From assembly GCA_038060295.1 (NCBI GenBank), contig JBBTHR010000034.1:1-53825 (forward strand): a stretch of 53,825 nucleotides of DNA, written 5' to 3'. This document shows, one piece after another, positions 7,052 to 15,987 of this stretch. The position numbers and the translations under genes were made by a program. This DNA is from Candidatus Eiseniibacteriota bacterium. Lineage in GTDB: Bacteria > Eisenbacteria > RBG-16-71-46 > SZUA-252. The notes under the pieces are model-generated. The model was not told where the DNA came from. It saw nothing but the letters and a program-made list of their open reading frames with translations, and did no database searches. Position 1 is the stretch's first letter. Each line of letters opens with the position of its first letter.

Positions 7052-10000
7052 TCAGAAGCTCCAACGGGCGCCGAACCGAACCATGCGCGGGATGCCGTAG
7101 AGATTCGGGTTGTATTCGGCCAGACCGAACCGCTCGGCGGCCACGTCCGCTCCGTACGTCCCGGCGTTGGTGTCGAGGAACGACTGGCCGTCGGGCGTCT
7201 CTAGGAAGTTGGTCGTCACGGCGCTTCCGCTGCCGGTGTAGACGGTGTTCACGTTGTCGCGATCGAACAGATTCAGCACCCAAACGTAGAAGTCGAGATC
7301 CTGCCGGGCGATGGAGACCGTCTTGTTCAGCTTCGCGTCCACCTGGAACGTCCAGGGGCCGTAGCGGCTGTTGAGCGGCCCGATCGGCTGCGTCGCCACG
7401 GCCGCCAGCGTGACCTCGTTGTAGACGGTCGTCGGCGTGTAGGGCGTCCCGCTCGCGGCGTTGACCAGGACGTTGAGTCCGGCATTCTCGAGGAATTTCG
7501 TGGCGCCCCATGTCGGGCCCTGTCCCTTGTCGTACCGGAAGTCGAAATTCATCGAAACCTTGTGCCGCTGGTCGAAGGCGAGCGGCGTGGAGATCTTCGG
7601 CGTCTCGCTGGCGGTCCAGGCGATGTTCCGCTGGGTCTGCGAAACGGAACCGGTGCCCTGGGCCCACGAGAGGCTGTAGTTGGCGCCCATCGAGACGAGA
7701 CCCACCCTACGAAGCGTGTAAGCGATGTCGAGCCCCTTGATCGTCGCGAAGTCGCGGTTCCGGTAGGTGGAGAACGAGTTCGGCGACGAGGGGATGTTCG
7801 TGATCTCGACGAGGTCTTTCACGTCCTTGTAGTAGGCGGTCGCCTGAATGCGCGAGCGATCGGTCGGCGTGTGCGTGAGGCCCAGTTCGTAGGCCGTCGT
7901 CTGCTCCGGCTTGAGGTTCGGATTTCCGAAGCCGACGAAGTAGCCACCCGTCCGGATCTTGTGCTCCAGGAAAGCGTAGGAGACGTAGAGATCCTGGAGG
8001 TTCGGCTGCTGGAAGAACTTTCCGTAATTGACGTGAATGAGCGTCTGATCCGAGACGGGGAATCCGACCCCGAGCCGGGGGCTCAAGCGGTTGTAGACCT
8101 TCGAATCCTCGAGATCGGTATCCTGGAGCCTCGAGTCGTTCAAGGCGTCCGGATCGAGAGGGACCGACTCGCTGCGGAGCGACTTCGTGTTCGGCGTCAG
8201 GTAGTCCCAACGAAGCCCCGTGTTCAGCACCAGGCCGAGGCGCTCGTACTTCCCCTGCACGTAGAGGGAGGCGACCGTCGGCGTCTTCGGCTTGTCCAGG
8301 TCGGTGTCGTAGAGACCGTTCCCGTTCGAATCGTTGAACAACTCGCCGACGTCGTAGCTGCCGTTGGCGTTGCCGTCGGTGAAGGTCTCGCCCTCGTCGA
8401 CTTCGTTCCCCAGCGCGTCGTAGCCGTAGCGGTCCACGTCGCGGGTGTTGTCCGGATTCCCGTTCGCGTCGTAGAGCTGCACCGGGAAGTAGTGGTTGTA
8501 GTAACGGAGCTTGTGCTTCTGGTAATCGCCGCCCGCCTTCAACTGGAAGTCCTTCGTCATCTGGCTGGAGTAGTTCACGGCGGCGCCGATGTAGGACGAC
8601 TTCCGGTGGAGGAAGTCGTCGAAGACGTGCTCCCCGGTCGGATCGCCGTTCGAGTCGAGGTCGTCCGGGCCGTAGAAGAAGAGCGCCTCGTTCGGATCGA
8701 AGCGCGGATTTCCGGTCGGCCGGGCGTACGCCTTCAGATCGTCGAAGTAGACGCCGTCGCCGCGCTTCCGCTCGGTGGTGAAGTAGTTCGCCTTCACCTC
8801 GTAGTAGGCGCGGCTGCTGATGCTGTGATTCCAGGTCGAATAGAACGAGTAGTTCAGATCCTCGTACCGCGGCGCGTGCTTGAGATTGAAGCGGTAGGTG
8901 TTCGCGTACTGCTGCCAGTCCTCCCGGTTCCACGTGCCGCCGAACTTCAGCGTCTGGAGCGGCGTGGGATTGAACGTCAGTTTTCCGACGGTCGCCCACG
9001 AGTCGCTGGAGTTGGAGGGGAGGATCCCCTCGGCGAACGAGGATTTCTGGTCCAGCGAGTAGACCACCTCGTCCGCGATCGACGAGGGGTCGCGGTCGAG
9101 GTTGTACTTGCGCTCGCCGGAGAAGTAGAAGCTCCCCTTCTTGAAATTCGGGACCAGGGGGCCGCCCAGAGAGAGCGAGTAGATGTTGTTGTCGCGGCGA
9201 TCGGAGCCGAGGGCAAGGAAGTCCGAGACGCCCTCGATCGATCCGAAGTAGCGGTCGCGTCCCTCCTTCGTGACGACGTTCACCACGCCCGAATTGATGC
9301 GGCCGTACTCGGCGTTGAACCCGCCCGAATGAACGACCACTTCCTCGATCGCGCCGCTGTTGATCAGGGTGGTCGAGTTGCCGGTGAGAGGATCCTGCTG
9401 CGAGAAGCCGTCCACGTAGTAGGCGACCTCGTTCGGGCGCCCGCCGCGGATGATGAGCGTGTTCCCGTTGTTCGACTCGTTGTCGATGTTCAGCTTGAAG
9501 TTCACGACGCCCGCCTGCTGCGCGACGGCGTCCTGGTAGCCGCGGAGAGGCTGGTTACGGATTTCCTCGCCGCTCAGGAAGCGGGTCGTCCCGGTGACGT
9601 CCTTCTGGATCAGCGGCCGCTCGGCCTTCACCTCGACCTCTGGCACGTTCTGCAAGACGGTCGATTCCATGGAGAAGTCGAGTTTCGTGACGAAGTCGGG
9701 GAAGACCTGGACTTCCTGGCGGGCCTGCGGGACGAAGCCGAGGAGCGAAGCCCGCACCGTGTACTTGCCGGCAGGCAGGTTCACGATGAAGAAGTTCCCC
9801 AGTGCGTCCGTCACGGCGCCGCGCTTCAGCTCAGGGATGGAGATGCTGACCATCCCGAGCGGATCGCCGCTCTTCCCGTCCCGAACCGTCCCCGAGATCT
9901 GGCCTGTCGTTCCCGCCCAGGCAACCCCGGAAACAAAAACGGCGACCGCCATGGACATCATGGCGACGCCTAGCCAACTCCGCGACCGAGGTCGATACAT
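7052..10000 (-). CDS. TonB-dependent receptor with N-terminal carboxypeptidase-regulatory-like domain
   Basis: GTTGQISGTVRD...GKYTVRASLLGF; plug IRGGRPNEVAYYVDG...GGFNAEYG; GNPNLKPEQTTAYELG; ends PRMVRFGARWSF. SD GGAGG before ATG 10000; alternative ATG at 10036. Confidence 0.92.
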   Translation of the reverse strand: MYRPRSRSWLGVAMMSMAVAVFVSGVAWAGTTGQISGTVRDGKSGDPLGMVSISIPELKRGAVTDALGNFFIVNLPAGKYTVRASLLGFVPQARQEVQVFPDFVTKLDFSMESTVLQNVPEVEVKAERPLIQKDVTGTTRFLSGEEIRNQPLRGYQDAVAQQAGVVNFKLNIDNESNNGNTLIIRGGRPNEVAYYVDGFSQQDPLTGNSTTLINSGAIEEVVVHSGGFNAEYGRINSGVVNVVTKEGRDRYFGSIEGVSDFLALGSDRRDNNIYSLSLGGPLVPNFKKGSFYFSGERKYNLDRDPSSIADEVVYSLDQKSSFAEGILPSNSSDSWATVGKLTFNPTPLQTLKFGGTWNREDWQQYANTYRFNLKHAPRYEDLNYSFYSTWNHSISSRAYYEVKANYFTTERKRGDGVYFDDLKAYARPTGNPRFDPNEALFFYGPDDLDSNGDPTGEHVFDDFLHRKSSYIGAAVNYSSQMTKDFQLKAGGDYQKHKLRYYNHYFPVQLYDANGNPDNTRDVDRYGYDALGNEVDEGETFTDGNANGSYDVGELFNDSNGNGLYDTDLDKPKTPTVASLYVQGKYERLGLVLNTGLRWDYLTPNTKSLRSESVPLDPDALNDSRLQDTDLEDSKVYNRLSPRLGVGFPVSDQTLIHVNYGKFFQQPNLQDLYVSYAFLEHKIRTGGYFVGFGNPNLKPEQTTAYELGLTHTPTDRSRIQATAYYKDVKDLVEITNIPSSPNSFSTYRNRDFATIKGLDIAYTLRRVGLVSMGANYSLSWAQGTGSVSQTQRNIAWTASETPKISTPLAFDQRHKVSMNFDFRYDKGQGPTWGATKFLENAGLNVLVNAASGTPYTPTTVYNEVTLAAVATQPIGPLNSRYGPWTFQVDAKLNKTVSIARQDLDFYVWVLNLFDRDNVNTVYTGSGSAVTTNFLETPDGQSFLDTNAGTYGADVAAERFGLAEYNPNLYGIPRMVRFGARWSF

Positions 10001-10241
10001 TGTTCGCCCTCCCCTGTATTTCTGTGGAAGCGCCATTCGAGGGTCACTCCTTCCCTGGTTTCACGGCGATTGCCGCGCGGCGGCCTCCGCCGACTTGCCA
10101 TACACCCCTTCTCGGGGCCCCTCCTCGACTTCGATCCACGGTACCCGGCTTTTCTCTTGTGACTCCTCCTTCACGCTCAAGACATGTCTCCAGCGGCGAG
10201 GCGGCAGGCCTGGCCGCAATCGCTTGCCCTCTATGGAGGTC

Positions 10242-10270
10242 AAGGTAGGAACCCACCCCTGGGCTGTCAA
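10242..10270 (-). promoter_or_regulatory. sigma70-type promoter of the TonB-receptor operon
   Basis: Minus strand TTGACA (10270-10265), 17-nt spacer, TACCTT (10247-10242). Confidence 0.75.
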
Positions 10271-10294
10271 GGGAATTTGCGGAGTAATCGGCGA

Positions 10295-10352
10295 AGGGCC
10301 GCCCGGCTTGATCGCCGAGCGGCCCTCGATTCGTCGGGGCGCGAAGGCCCCG
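10295..10352 (-). terminator. Tandem GC-rich hairpins downstream of the orphan barrel gene (terminator or mRNA stabiliser)
   Basis: Inverted repeats AGGGCCGC/GCGGCCCT (10295-10326) and CGGGGC/GCCCCG (10335-10352); no clear U-tract. Confidence 0.5.
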
Positions 10353-10370
10353 GGAGTCTGTCGCTTGTTT

Positions 10371-11705
10371 CTAGTAGTGGTAGGTAGCCGAGACGCGCGT
10401 GAAGGCCGCCTGCTCCGAGCCGGAGAGGAAATTGCCGCCCGTGAAGGGGAACTCCTCGTTGAGCGTCATGTCGATGTCGAGGTTGTTCCACCGGATGCCG
10501 GTGCCGAGCGCCAGGTTGAAGTCCGTGAAGCGGATCTTCTGGCTGAACGTGTTCGTCGGAGAGTCGAAATCCGACTGGTCGGAGCGATCGTTGGTGATCA
10601 TGTTCGTGGCGCCGATGCGAACCTTCAGCCAGCTCGTGGCCTGGGTCTCGACGGCGGCGAAGAGGATCGGGAGCATCGTCGACTTCTCTTCGAGCGACTT
10701 GGTATCGCCACTGATCAGGGCGTCATTGTTGTCGCCGCGATCGTACTGGTGCTTCGTCTGCCACGCCGCCAAGCCCCAGATCAGCGTGTTGTTGTCGTTC
10801 ACCTTCATGTTATTGGAGATGCCGATTCCGTAGTTCTTGTAGGTCTCCTCGGCGGAACGCGACAACACCGTCGCCGACGCGTTCGTGACTTCCCAGGAGA
10901 GGTCGTTGTTCACGTACCAGCCCGCGACGTACCACTGGCTAGCCGCGCTCTTGTTCATGAAGTACCGGGCGAGGAGCGCATAGGACGCGTTGCCGCCGTC
11001 TTCCCACTTCTCAGGGGTCGGGGCGTAGAACGTGCCCGACTCGGCGCGCTCGAGCGAGTAGCGGCGATAGGTGGCCGCGATGTCGAGACGATTGTCGTCC
11101 TGCATGTGAAGGGCGATGGACGGCGTGATTCCGTAGGTGTTCAACTCGACGCCGGTCCCGGTGATGGCGTCCGAGAAGAAGGAGGTTCCGAACGGGTACG
11201 GATCGAAGGAACCGAAGTCGTTGCCGCGCGCCGTGTAGGTGCCCGGCGTCGGCGTGTTGAACTCGCCTTCGTAGTACGAATTCGCGACATCGAAGCGAAC
11301 CGCGAAGTCCATCTTGGTGAACGCCTTGCCCCAGATCAGGTCGAACCACTCGTTATTGACGTTGCTCGAGCCGTCGTGGAGGTTCAGCGAGCTCTGCTTC
11401 ATCTGGACCGCGACGATGCCTAAACGCGGGAAATTGCGAATGAGCGTGAAGCTCTGGTCTTCCGGCGTGAATGCATCCTCGGACTCGCTCGGATTGTTGC
11501 CGAGTTCCGCGAGCACGAGGTTGTTCTGGCGAACGACCGACGCCGGATACGTGTAGATGTTCACGTAGTCGTCGGTGAGCTGGCTCAGGACCGGCGACGA
11601 AAGTCCCATGCCCTCGACGCGGGAAAGGGATGCGTGGCCCATGCCCGCCGTCACGGCGAGCAGGGCGATGACGCTGAGAACCGCAATCAGCTTGCGCTGA
11701 AACAT
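10371..11705 (-). CDS. Putative outer-membrane beta-barrel (porin-like) of unknown family, 444 aa
   Basis: SD AAGGAGG; signal MFQRKLIAVLSVIALLAVTAGMGHA; SRVEGMG...DDYVNIYTYPA; alternating beta-strand pattern; BAM-type C-terminus FTRVSATYHY. Confidence 0.75.
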   Translation of the reverse strand: MFQRKLIAVLSVIALLAVTAGMGHASLSRVEGMGLSSPVLSQLTDDYVNIYTYPASVVRQNNLVLAELGNNPSESEDAFTPEDQSFTLIRNFPRLGIVAVQMKQSSLNLHDGSSNVNNEWFDLIWGKAFTKMDFAVRFDVANSYYEGEFNTPTPGTYTARGNDFGSFDPYPFGTSFFSDAITGTGVELNTYGITPSIALHMQDDNRLDIAATYRRYSLERAESGTFYAPTPEKWEDGGNASYALLARYFMNKSAASQWYVAGWYVNNDLSWEVTNASATVLSRSAEETYKNYGIGISNNMKVNDNNTLIWGLAAWQTKHQYDRGDNNDALISGDTKSLEEKSTMLPILFAAVETQATSWLKVRIGATNMITNDRSDQSDFDSPTNTFSQKIRFTDFNLALGTGIRWNNLDIDMTLNEEFPFTGGNFLSGSEQAAFTRVSATYHY

Positions 11706-11956
11706 CTGATTTAGCCTCCTTGATTGGTTGGACCCCAGCCCATCCGGGGTCCTAGCGCCTGGGTCGCTGCATCTGCGATGTCGTACGGCGACCCAGGGAG
11801 ATCCGATGGAGCAATTCCTGCTCGTTGGACCTGCCGCTCCCCACCCCCTTTCCGATTTGAATTTTTCCGCAATGACCGTTCGTACAAACCTGTGTCGCAC
11901 AACTCCTTCAAAGCCTTCCGCCTCGGGCCGCGGAGGCCCTCTCGAAATCCGGCCGC

Positions 11957-11985
11957 AACGTAGGCGAACCCGGAACCGGTGTCAA
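11957..11985 (-). promoter_or_regulatory. sigma70-type promoter of the orphan barrel gene
   Basis: Minus strand TTGACA (11985-11980), 17-nt spacer, TACGTT (11962-11957); AT-rich UP-like tract immediately upstream. Confidence 0.75.
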
Positions 11986-11993
11986 ATAAAAAT

Positions 11994-12011
11994 TTGTGAA
12001 TCTATTCACAT
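11994..12011. promoter_or_regulatory. Palindromic operator (CRP-type TGTGA-N6-TCACA, or Rex-type)
   Basis: TTGTGAATCTATTCACAT: exact TGTGA-N6-TCACA at 11995-12010, and one mismatch from the Rex consensus TTGTGAA-N4-TTCACAA. Confidence 0.7.
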
Positions 12012-12038
12012 TCCATTGAAAAATAATGACTTACGGTC

Positions 12039-13409
12039 CTACCGGGACTGCTGTCCCAGAGCCTGATCAAGCTCGAATCTGCCGAATCCGTTCCGATCGA
12101 CGAAGACGAACCGGACCTGGTCCTTGTAGTAGAACCAGATCTCTTCCGGAGGCCGATCGAAGTTGAAGGGGTTCCGCACGACCTCGTCGGGGGCGCCGTT
12201 TTGGATGTAGATCCGCCCCATGTCCGTGCGCCACCCGGCGATGCCGACCGCGAAGTGCTGGTTCGCGTACTGCACCCGGCGATAGAACTCCTCCAGCCGC
12301 TCGTTCCGTTCGGTCTCGGGGGTTGGATCGAGGCGGCGCCAGAACTGTTCCCAGTACGCCTTCCGGGCATCGGGACCCTCGAGCCGCTCCATCTCGTCCA
12401 CCTCGGCGGGCGCGGCCACGTAGCGGAGGACTTCCAGGGAGGAGCGCGATTCCCACGCGAGGTTCTCGCTCGTCTGCTCGACCTCGAAGGCCCGCTCACG
12501 CCGGATCGGCTCGGCTTTCTTCTTGCCCGGCGCGGCAATCTGGGGACCCACCAACTCCAGGACGACGCGGTAGCTCCCTGCTTCCAGGCCCCGGAGCCGC
12601 GGCCGAAGGAGGAACGGGGTGCGGGCCCCGGCCCGGACGATCGTGGTATCCCCTTTCCAGACAGCCTCCTGTAGCTCGTTCACCACGCGCACGGCGATCC
12701 GGTACGACTCCCCGGCGCCCGCCGCCGCGAAGGAGCGCCCGTCCACGACCTCCCCGATCACGGCCAGGGCGGGTAGGTCGAGCCCGAACCGTCTCGAGGG
12801 GACCGGGACGAAGCGTTCGCGGGAAGTGCCGCCCGCCGACGACGAATCGGATACCGTGCCGAGGGAGAGGTCGCTGAACCAGACCGACTGCTTCGACGCG
12901 GAGGGGACCTCGAAGGGAATTTCGGTCCCCGAGGCGCGCTCCGCGACGAGATCGGTGATGACGACCCGCACGCGATACTTGCCGGCCGGCGCTCGGAGCG
13001 TGACGTGGTCGATCAGGTCCGCGCCCCGAAGTCTCGTGTCCGCGTAACTCGCCACTCGCACGCTCTTCTGGAAGACCTCCCCGGTCGCCTGGGCCCCTCC
13101 CTTAGACTTGTAGAAGATGACCCGGACTTCGTAGGACGCGTGGTACCCCTCGCTCGTCCGCTCGAAGAGGAGCTCGTCGCGCACCATCCGGTAGTCAATG
13201 CGGACGTCGGCGCCTCCGTCTCCCGGCTGAAGGGTCGCGTCGACGGCGAATCGGGGCCGTGTCGCGCTCGTGCCAGGAGCCGGGGCGTCGTCGTGCATGG
13301 CCGGGCCGGGATTGGGGTACTGGGCCGAGGCGGGCGACACGGCCACGCCCAGCCAGACGGCCAGGAGAACCGAGAGGGCGCGCGGGAGGCGAGGGAGAGG
13401 GAGGGTCAT
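12039..13409 (-). CDS. GWxTD domain-containing exported protein
   Basis: FWRRLDPTPET...EEFYRRVQYAN...GWRTDMGRIYIQNGAPD; N-terminal signal peptide ending ASA. Confidence 0.9.
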   Translation of the reverse strand: MTLPLPRLPRALSVLLAVWLGVAVSPASAQYPNPGPAMHDDAPAPGTSATRPRFAVDATLQPGDGGADVRIDYRMVRDELLFERTSEGYHASYEVRVIFYKSKGGAQATGEVFQKSVRVASYADTRLRGADLIDHVTLRAPAGKYRVRVVITDLVAERASGTEIPFEVPSASKQSVWFSDLSLGTVSDSSSAGGTSRERFVPVPSRRFGLDLPALAVIGEVVDGRSFAAAGAGESYRIAVRVVNELQEAVWKGDTTIVRAGARTPFLLRPRLRGLEAGSYRVVLELVGPQIAAPGKKKAEPIRRERAFEVEQTSENLAWESRSSLEVLRYVAAPAEVDEMERLEGPDARKAYWEQFWRRLDPTPETERNERLEEFYRRVQYANQHFAVGIAGWRTDMGRIYIQNGAPDEVVRNPFNFDRPPEEIWFYYKDQVRFVFVDRNGFGRFELDQALGQQSR

Positions 13410-13416
13410 GAGGCGA

Positions 13417-15987
13417 TTATCGGAGGTGGACGACCGACCGCGCATCGTCGAGCCCCGCCCCCCTTACATATAGATAGTAGACACCGCTCGCCACCCGGCG
13501 ACCGTCGCCCCGCTTGCCGTCCCAGCCGATCTCGCCGAATCCGGAGGTCACCGGCTGCGTGACTTCCCGAACGAGGCGCCCCCTCACGTCCACGACGCGG
13601 AGCGTGACGGTTCCCCCCGCCGCGATCGTCCGGAACGGCAGGGAGACCGCGCCGTCGGCGGGGCGAAACGGATTCGGGTAGGGGCGGCCAAGCCGGGAGT
13701 TCGACGGGACGTAGATCGATCCCTCCGCGACCGTGAGAGCCCGCCCGTCCTGAAAGACGGCCTCCAGGCGATAGCGATGCTCCAGCCCGGCCGACAGGCT
13801 CCCGTCGATCGCGCTCGAAGCCGCGGGATCGAGGAGGGCCGAATTCACGCGCGTCCCTCCGGGGGTCGCCGAGCCTGCGTTCGGCGGGCCGAGTTCCCGA
13901 TAGAGATTCCAGCCCACCTGCCCTCCCGCGGCGGCGGCGCTCCAGGAGAGCACCGCGCGCGGCAGCACGGAGGCGGCATCGAGCGTGACCGAGAGGCCGG
14001 TCGCGGCGGGGAGCGCGGTCGAGAGGAGGAATCGGTCGATGGAGGTCCCTCCGGTCACGAGAAGCGTGTCACCCACCCACGAGGCGTCGCGGGGAAGTCC
14101 GGCGGCGGGCACGATCGATCGAAGGCGCGCGGAGGCCGGGACGGAGATGTCGATCAGCGCGACCCCGGCCGCGCCGAGCGCGGCGACCGCCACCGATCCC
14201 TGTCGCGTGACGCCGAAGACCGGCGGCAGGAAGAGCTCGGAGCGAAGAAGCGGGTTCGCGGGATCGAACACCTCGACGACTTGAAGCCCGCGCGAACGAG
14301 ACGCCACGAGGAGCAGGTTTCCCTGCAGGTCGAGATCGCGCGCGCCGGCGCCGGACGGGAGCCCGAAGGTGGCCGGGGCGTCCGGGTCGCCGAAGCCGAC
14401 CGACAGGACTCCAAGTTGCTCGTCCGCCACGTAGAGCACGGTGTCGCGCGCCGCGAGAGCGCGGGGATCCTGGAGGAACGGCGCGTTCACCGATCCGCGC
14501 GCGAGCGGCGAGGTCGGGATGGAGACGTCGATGAAGGTCACGCCGGCCGAGAACCCGCCCCGCCGCGCGACGGCGACGGTCGTCGCGTCGATCACGGTGA
14601 CCGCGCTGGCCAGGCCGGGAACGACGAGCGAACCGAGACGCTGCGGATTCGATGGGTCGGAGACATCCACGACCTCGAGGCCGGCCGAGCCGGAGGCGAG
14701 ATAGAGCCTCGACTGGGTCGCGTCGAGCGCCAGATCGACAGGGCGCGCGCTGCCGATCGGGGGGAGGACTCCGACCAGGCTCGTGTCGGCGCCTCCGGCC
14801 CGGTAGACGCGGAGCCCGCCCGTGTAGTCGGCCACGTAGGCGTACCCGGCTTGGATGACCATGCGCCGCGCGCGGCCGGCATGACGCACCGGCGCGATAG
14901 GCGGGAGCGAAACGCTGCTCGAGACAGGGAATTCGATCTGCGATCTCCCCACTTCGTCCGGCTCCGTCGACACCAGCACGGCGCGCGTCGTGACGTTGGC
15001 GCGCGGCCCGTCGACGGCCACGGAATGCGGCTCGAGTTCGAGCGTCTCCCCCGGACGAACGAGAAGCGATTCTCCCAACGAGCCGAATCGCGTGAAGCGC
15101 TGAAGCGATCCCGCCTCTCCGACGGCGAAGAGATCTCCGGCGCCTTCGTCGAGCGAACGGGCGAAGAGCCCGGAGCGATAGAGCGTCGTCTGCACGACGG
15201 CGCCCGTGGCCGTATTGAATGTGGTGATCCCGTTGTTGCCATCGGCCACAAACGCCACCGGAGGCCGCCAGACCGCGTCCACGGCGCCGCGGCCGTTGAA
15301 GATCCACTCGTGCAGGCGGGTCACCGACGTGGCGCCCGCCGGGAGGCGGTAGACCGTGATGTAGAGCCGCGGGAGGACCCCCGGGCGGGCGGCGACCACG
15401 AGGATCGAGTCCCCCGAGGCGCGCACGCTCCGGATCTGCCGGCCATCGCCGTATGAGAGTGTCTCGATCAACCGAAGGTCGTCGCCGCTCTCGAGCCGGA
15501 CGATCTGGAGGAAGGAATCGCTGGCGGCGACGCAGGAGCCGTCGCCGAGAATGGTCCCCAACTCCGCCGGATGGGGCGTTTCCAGACTCGCCGCGAGGCG
15601 GGGAGACGCCGGGGTCGTGAGATCGAGGAGCGAGAGCCCTCGGCCTCCCTGGAAGAGGTAGGCCCGCGATCCACGCGCGTCGATCGCCTCGACGACGCCC
15701 GCGGCGCGGTAGATCCCGAGAGGAATCCCGCCGGGATCGCTCGGCAGGCGAACCTCCACCCCCTCCCGCGTCGAGACGAGGAGGGTCCCTGTCCCGGTTC
15801 CCGGCGCGGAGAGGACGACGTCCCCATACTCGGGCGCGAACGCCAGGGGCGTCTGCCGCGCGCCGAGCGAGAGTGGATCGGCTCCGGCGCCCCGGGGACC
15901 GAACGGCAGGCACGCCACGAGGAGGAGCAGTAGCGCGGGTTGTATGGCCGTGGGAAGCGCCTTCTCGGATCGGGGGCTGAGTCGCAT
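13417..15987 (-). CDS. LVIVD-repeat beta-propeller protein with FlgD/T9SS-like CTD
   Basis: Repeats YAYVADYTGGLRV, GLEVVDVSDPSNP, GLQVVEVFDPANP; CTD PYPNPF...VVDVRGRLVR...WDGKRGDGRRVASGVYYL. Start uncertain (15987 or 16005). Confidence 0.8.
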   Translation of the reverse strand: MRLSPRSEKALPTAIQPALLLLLVACLPFGPRGAGADPLSLGARQTPLAFAPEYGDVVLSAPGTGTGTLLVSTREGVEVRLPSDPGGIPLGIYRAAGVVEAIDARGSRAYLFQGGRGLSLLDLTTPASPRLAASLETPHPAELGTILGDGSCVAASDSFLQIVRLESGDDLRLIETLSYGDGRQIRSVRASGDSILVVAARPGVLPRLYITVYRLPAGATSVTRLHEWIFNGRGAVDAVWRPPVAFVADGNNGITTFNTATGAVVQTTLYRSGLFARSLDEGAGDLFAVGEAGSLQRFTRFGSLGESLLVRPGETLELEPHSVAVDGPRANVTTRAVLVSTEPDEVGRSQIEFPVSSSVSLPPIAPVRHAGRARRMVIQAGYAYVADYTGGLRVYRAGGADTSLVGVLPPIGSARPVDLALDATQSRLYLASGSAGLEVVDVSDPSNPQRLGSLVVPGLASAVTVIDATTVAVARRGGFSAGVTFIDVSIPTSPLARGSVNAPFLQDPRALAARDTVLYVADEQLGVLSVGFGDPDAPATFGLPSGAGARDLDLQGNLLLVASRSRGLQVVEVFDPANPLLRSELFLPPVFGVTRQGSVAVAALGAAGVALIDISVPASARLRSIVPAAGLPRDASWVGDTLLVTGGTSIDRFLLSTALPAATGLSVTLDAASVLPRAVLSWSAAAAGGQVGWNLYRELGPPNAGSATPGGTRVNSALLDPAASSAIDGSLSAGLEHRYRLEAVFQDGRALTVAEGSIYVPSNSRLGRPYPNPFRPADGAVSLPFRTIAAGGTVTLRVVDVRGRLVREVTQPVTSGFGEIGWDGKRGDGRRVASGVYYLYVRGAGLDDARSVVHLR

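Noticed and set aside
4044-9973. Very long plus-strand ORFs (4044-7034, 7562-9973)
   Set aside because: Antisense shadows of high-GC genes with biased codon use; V/R-rich translations with no motifs.
10044-10270. Small ORFs or a known riboswitch in the TonB-receptor leader
   Set aside because: The ORFs begin inside the promoter and lack protein-like features; cobalamin, TPP, FMN and c-di-GMP signatures were not found by eye.
11820-11875. GAAA/GGGA segment resembling a c-di-GMP-I riboswitch
   Set aside because: Required stems and the GCAAA motifs do not form.
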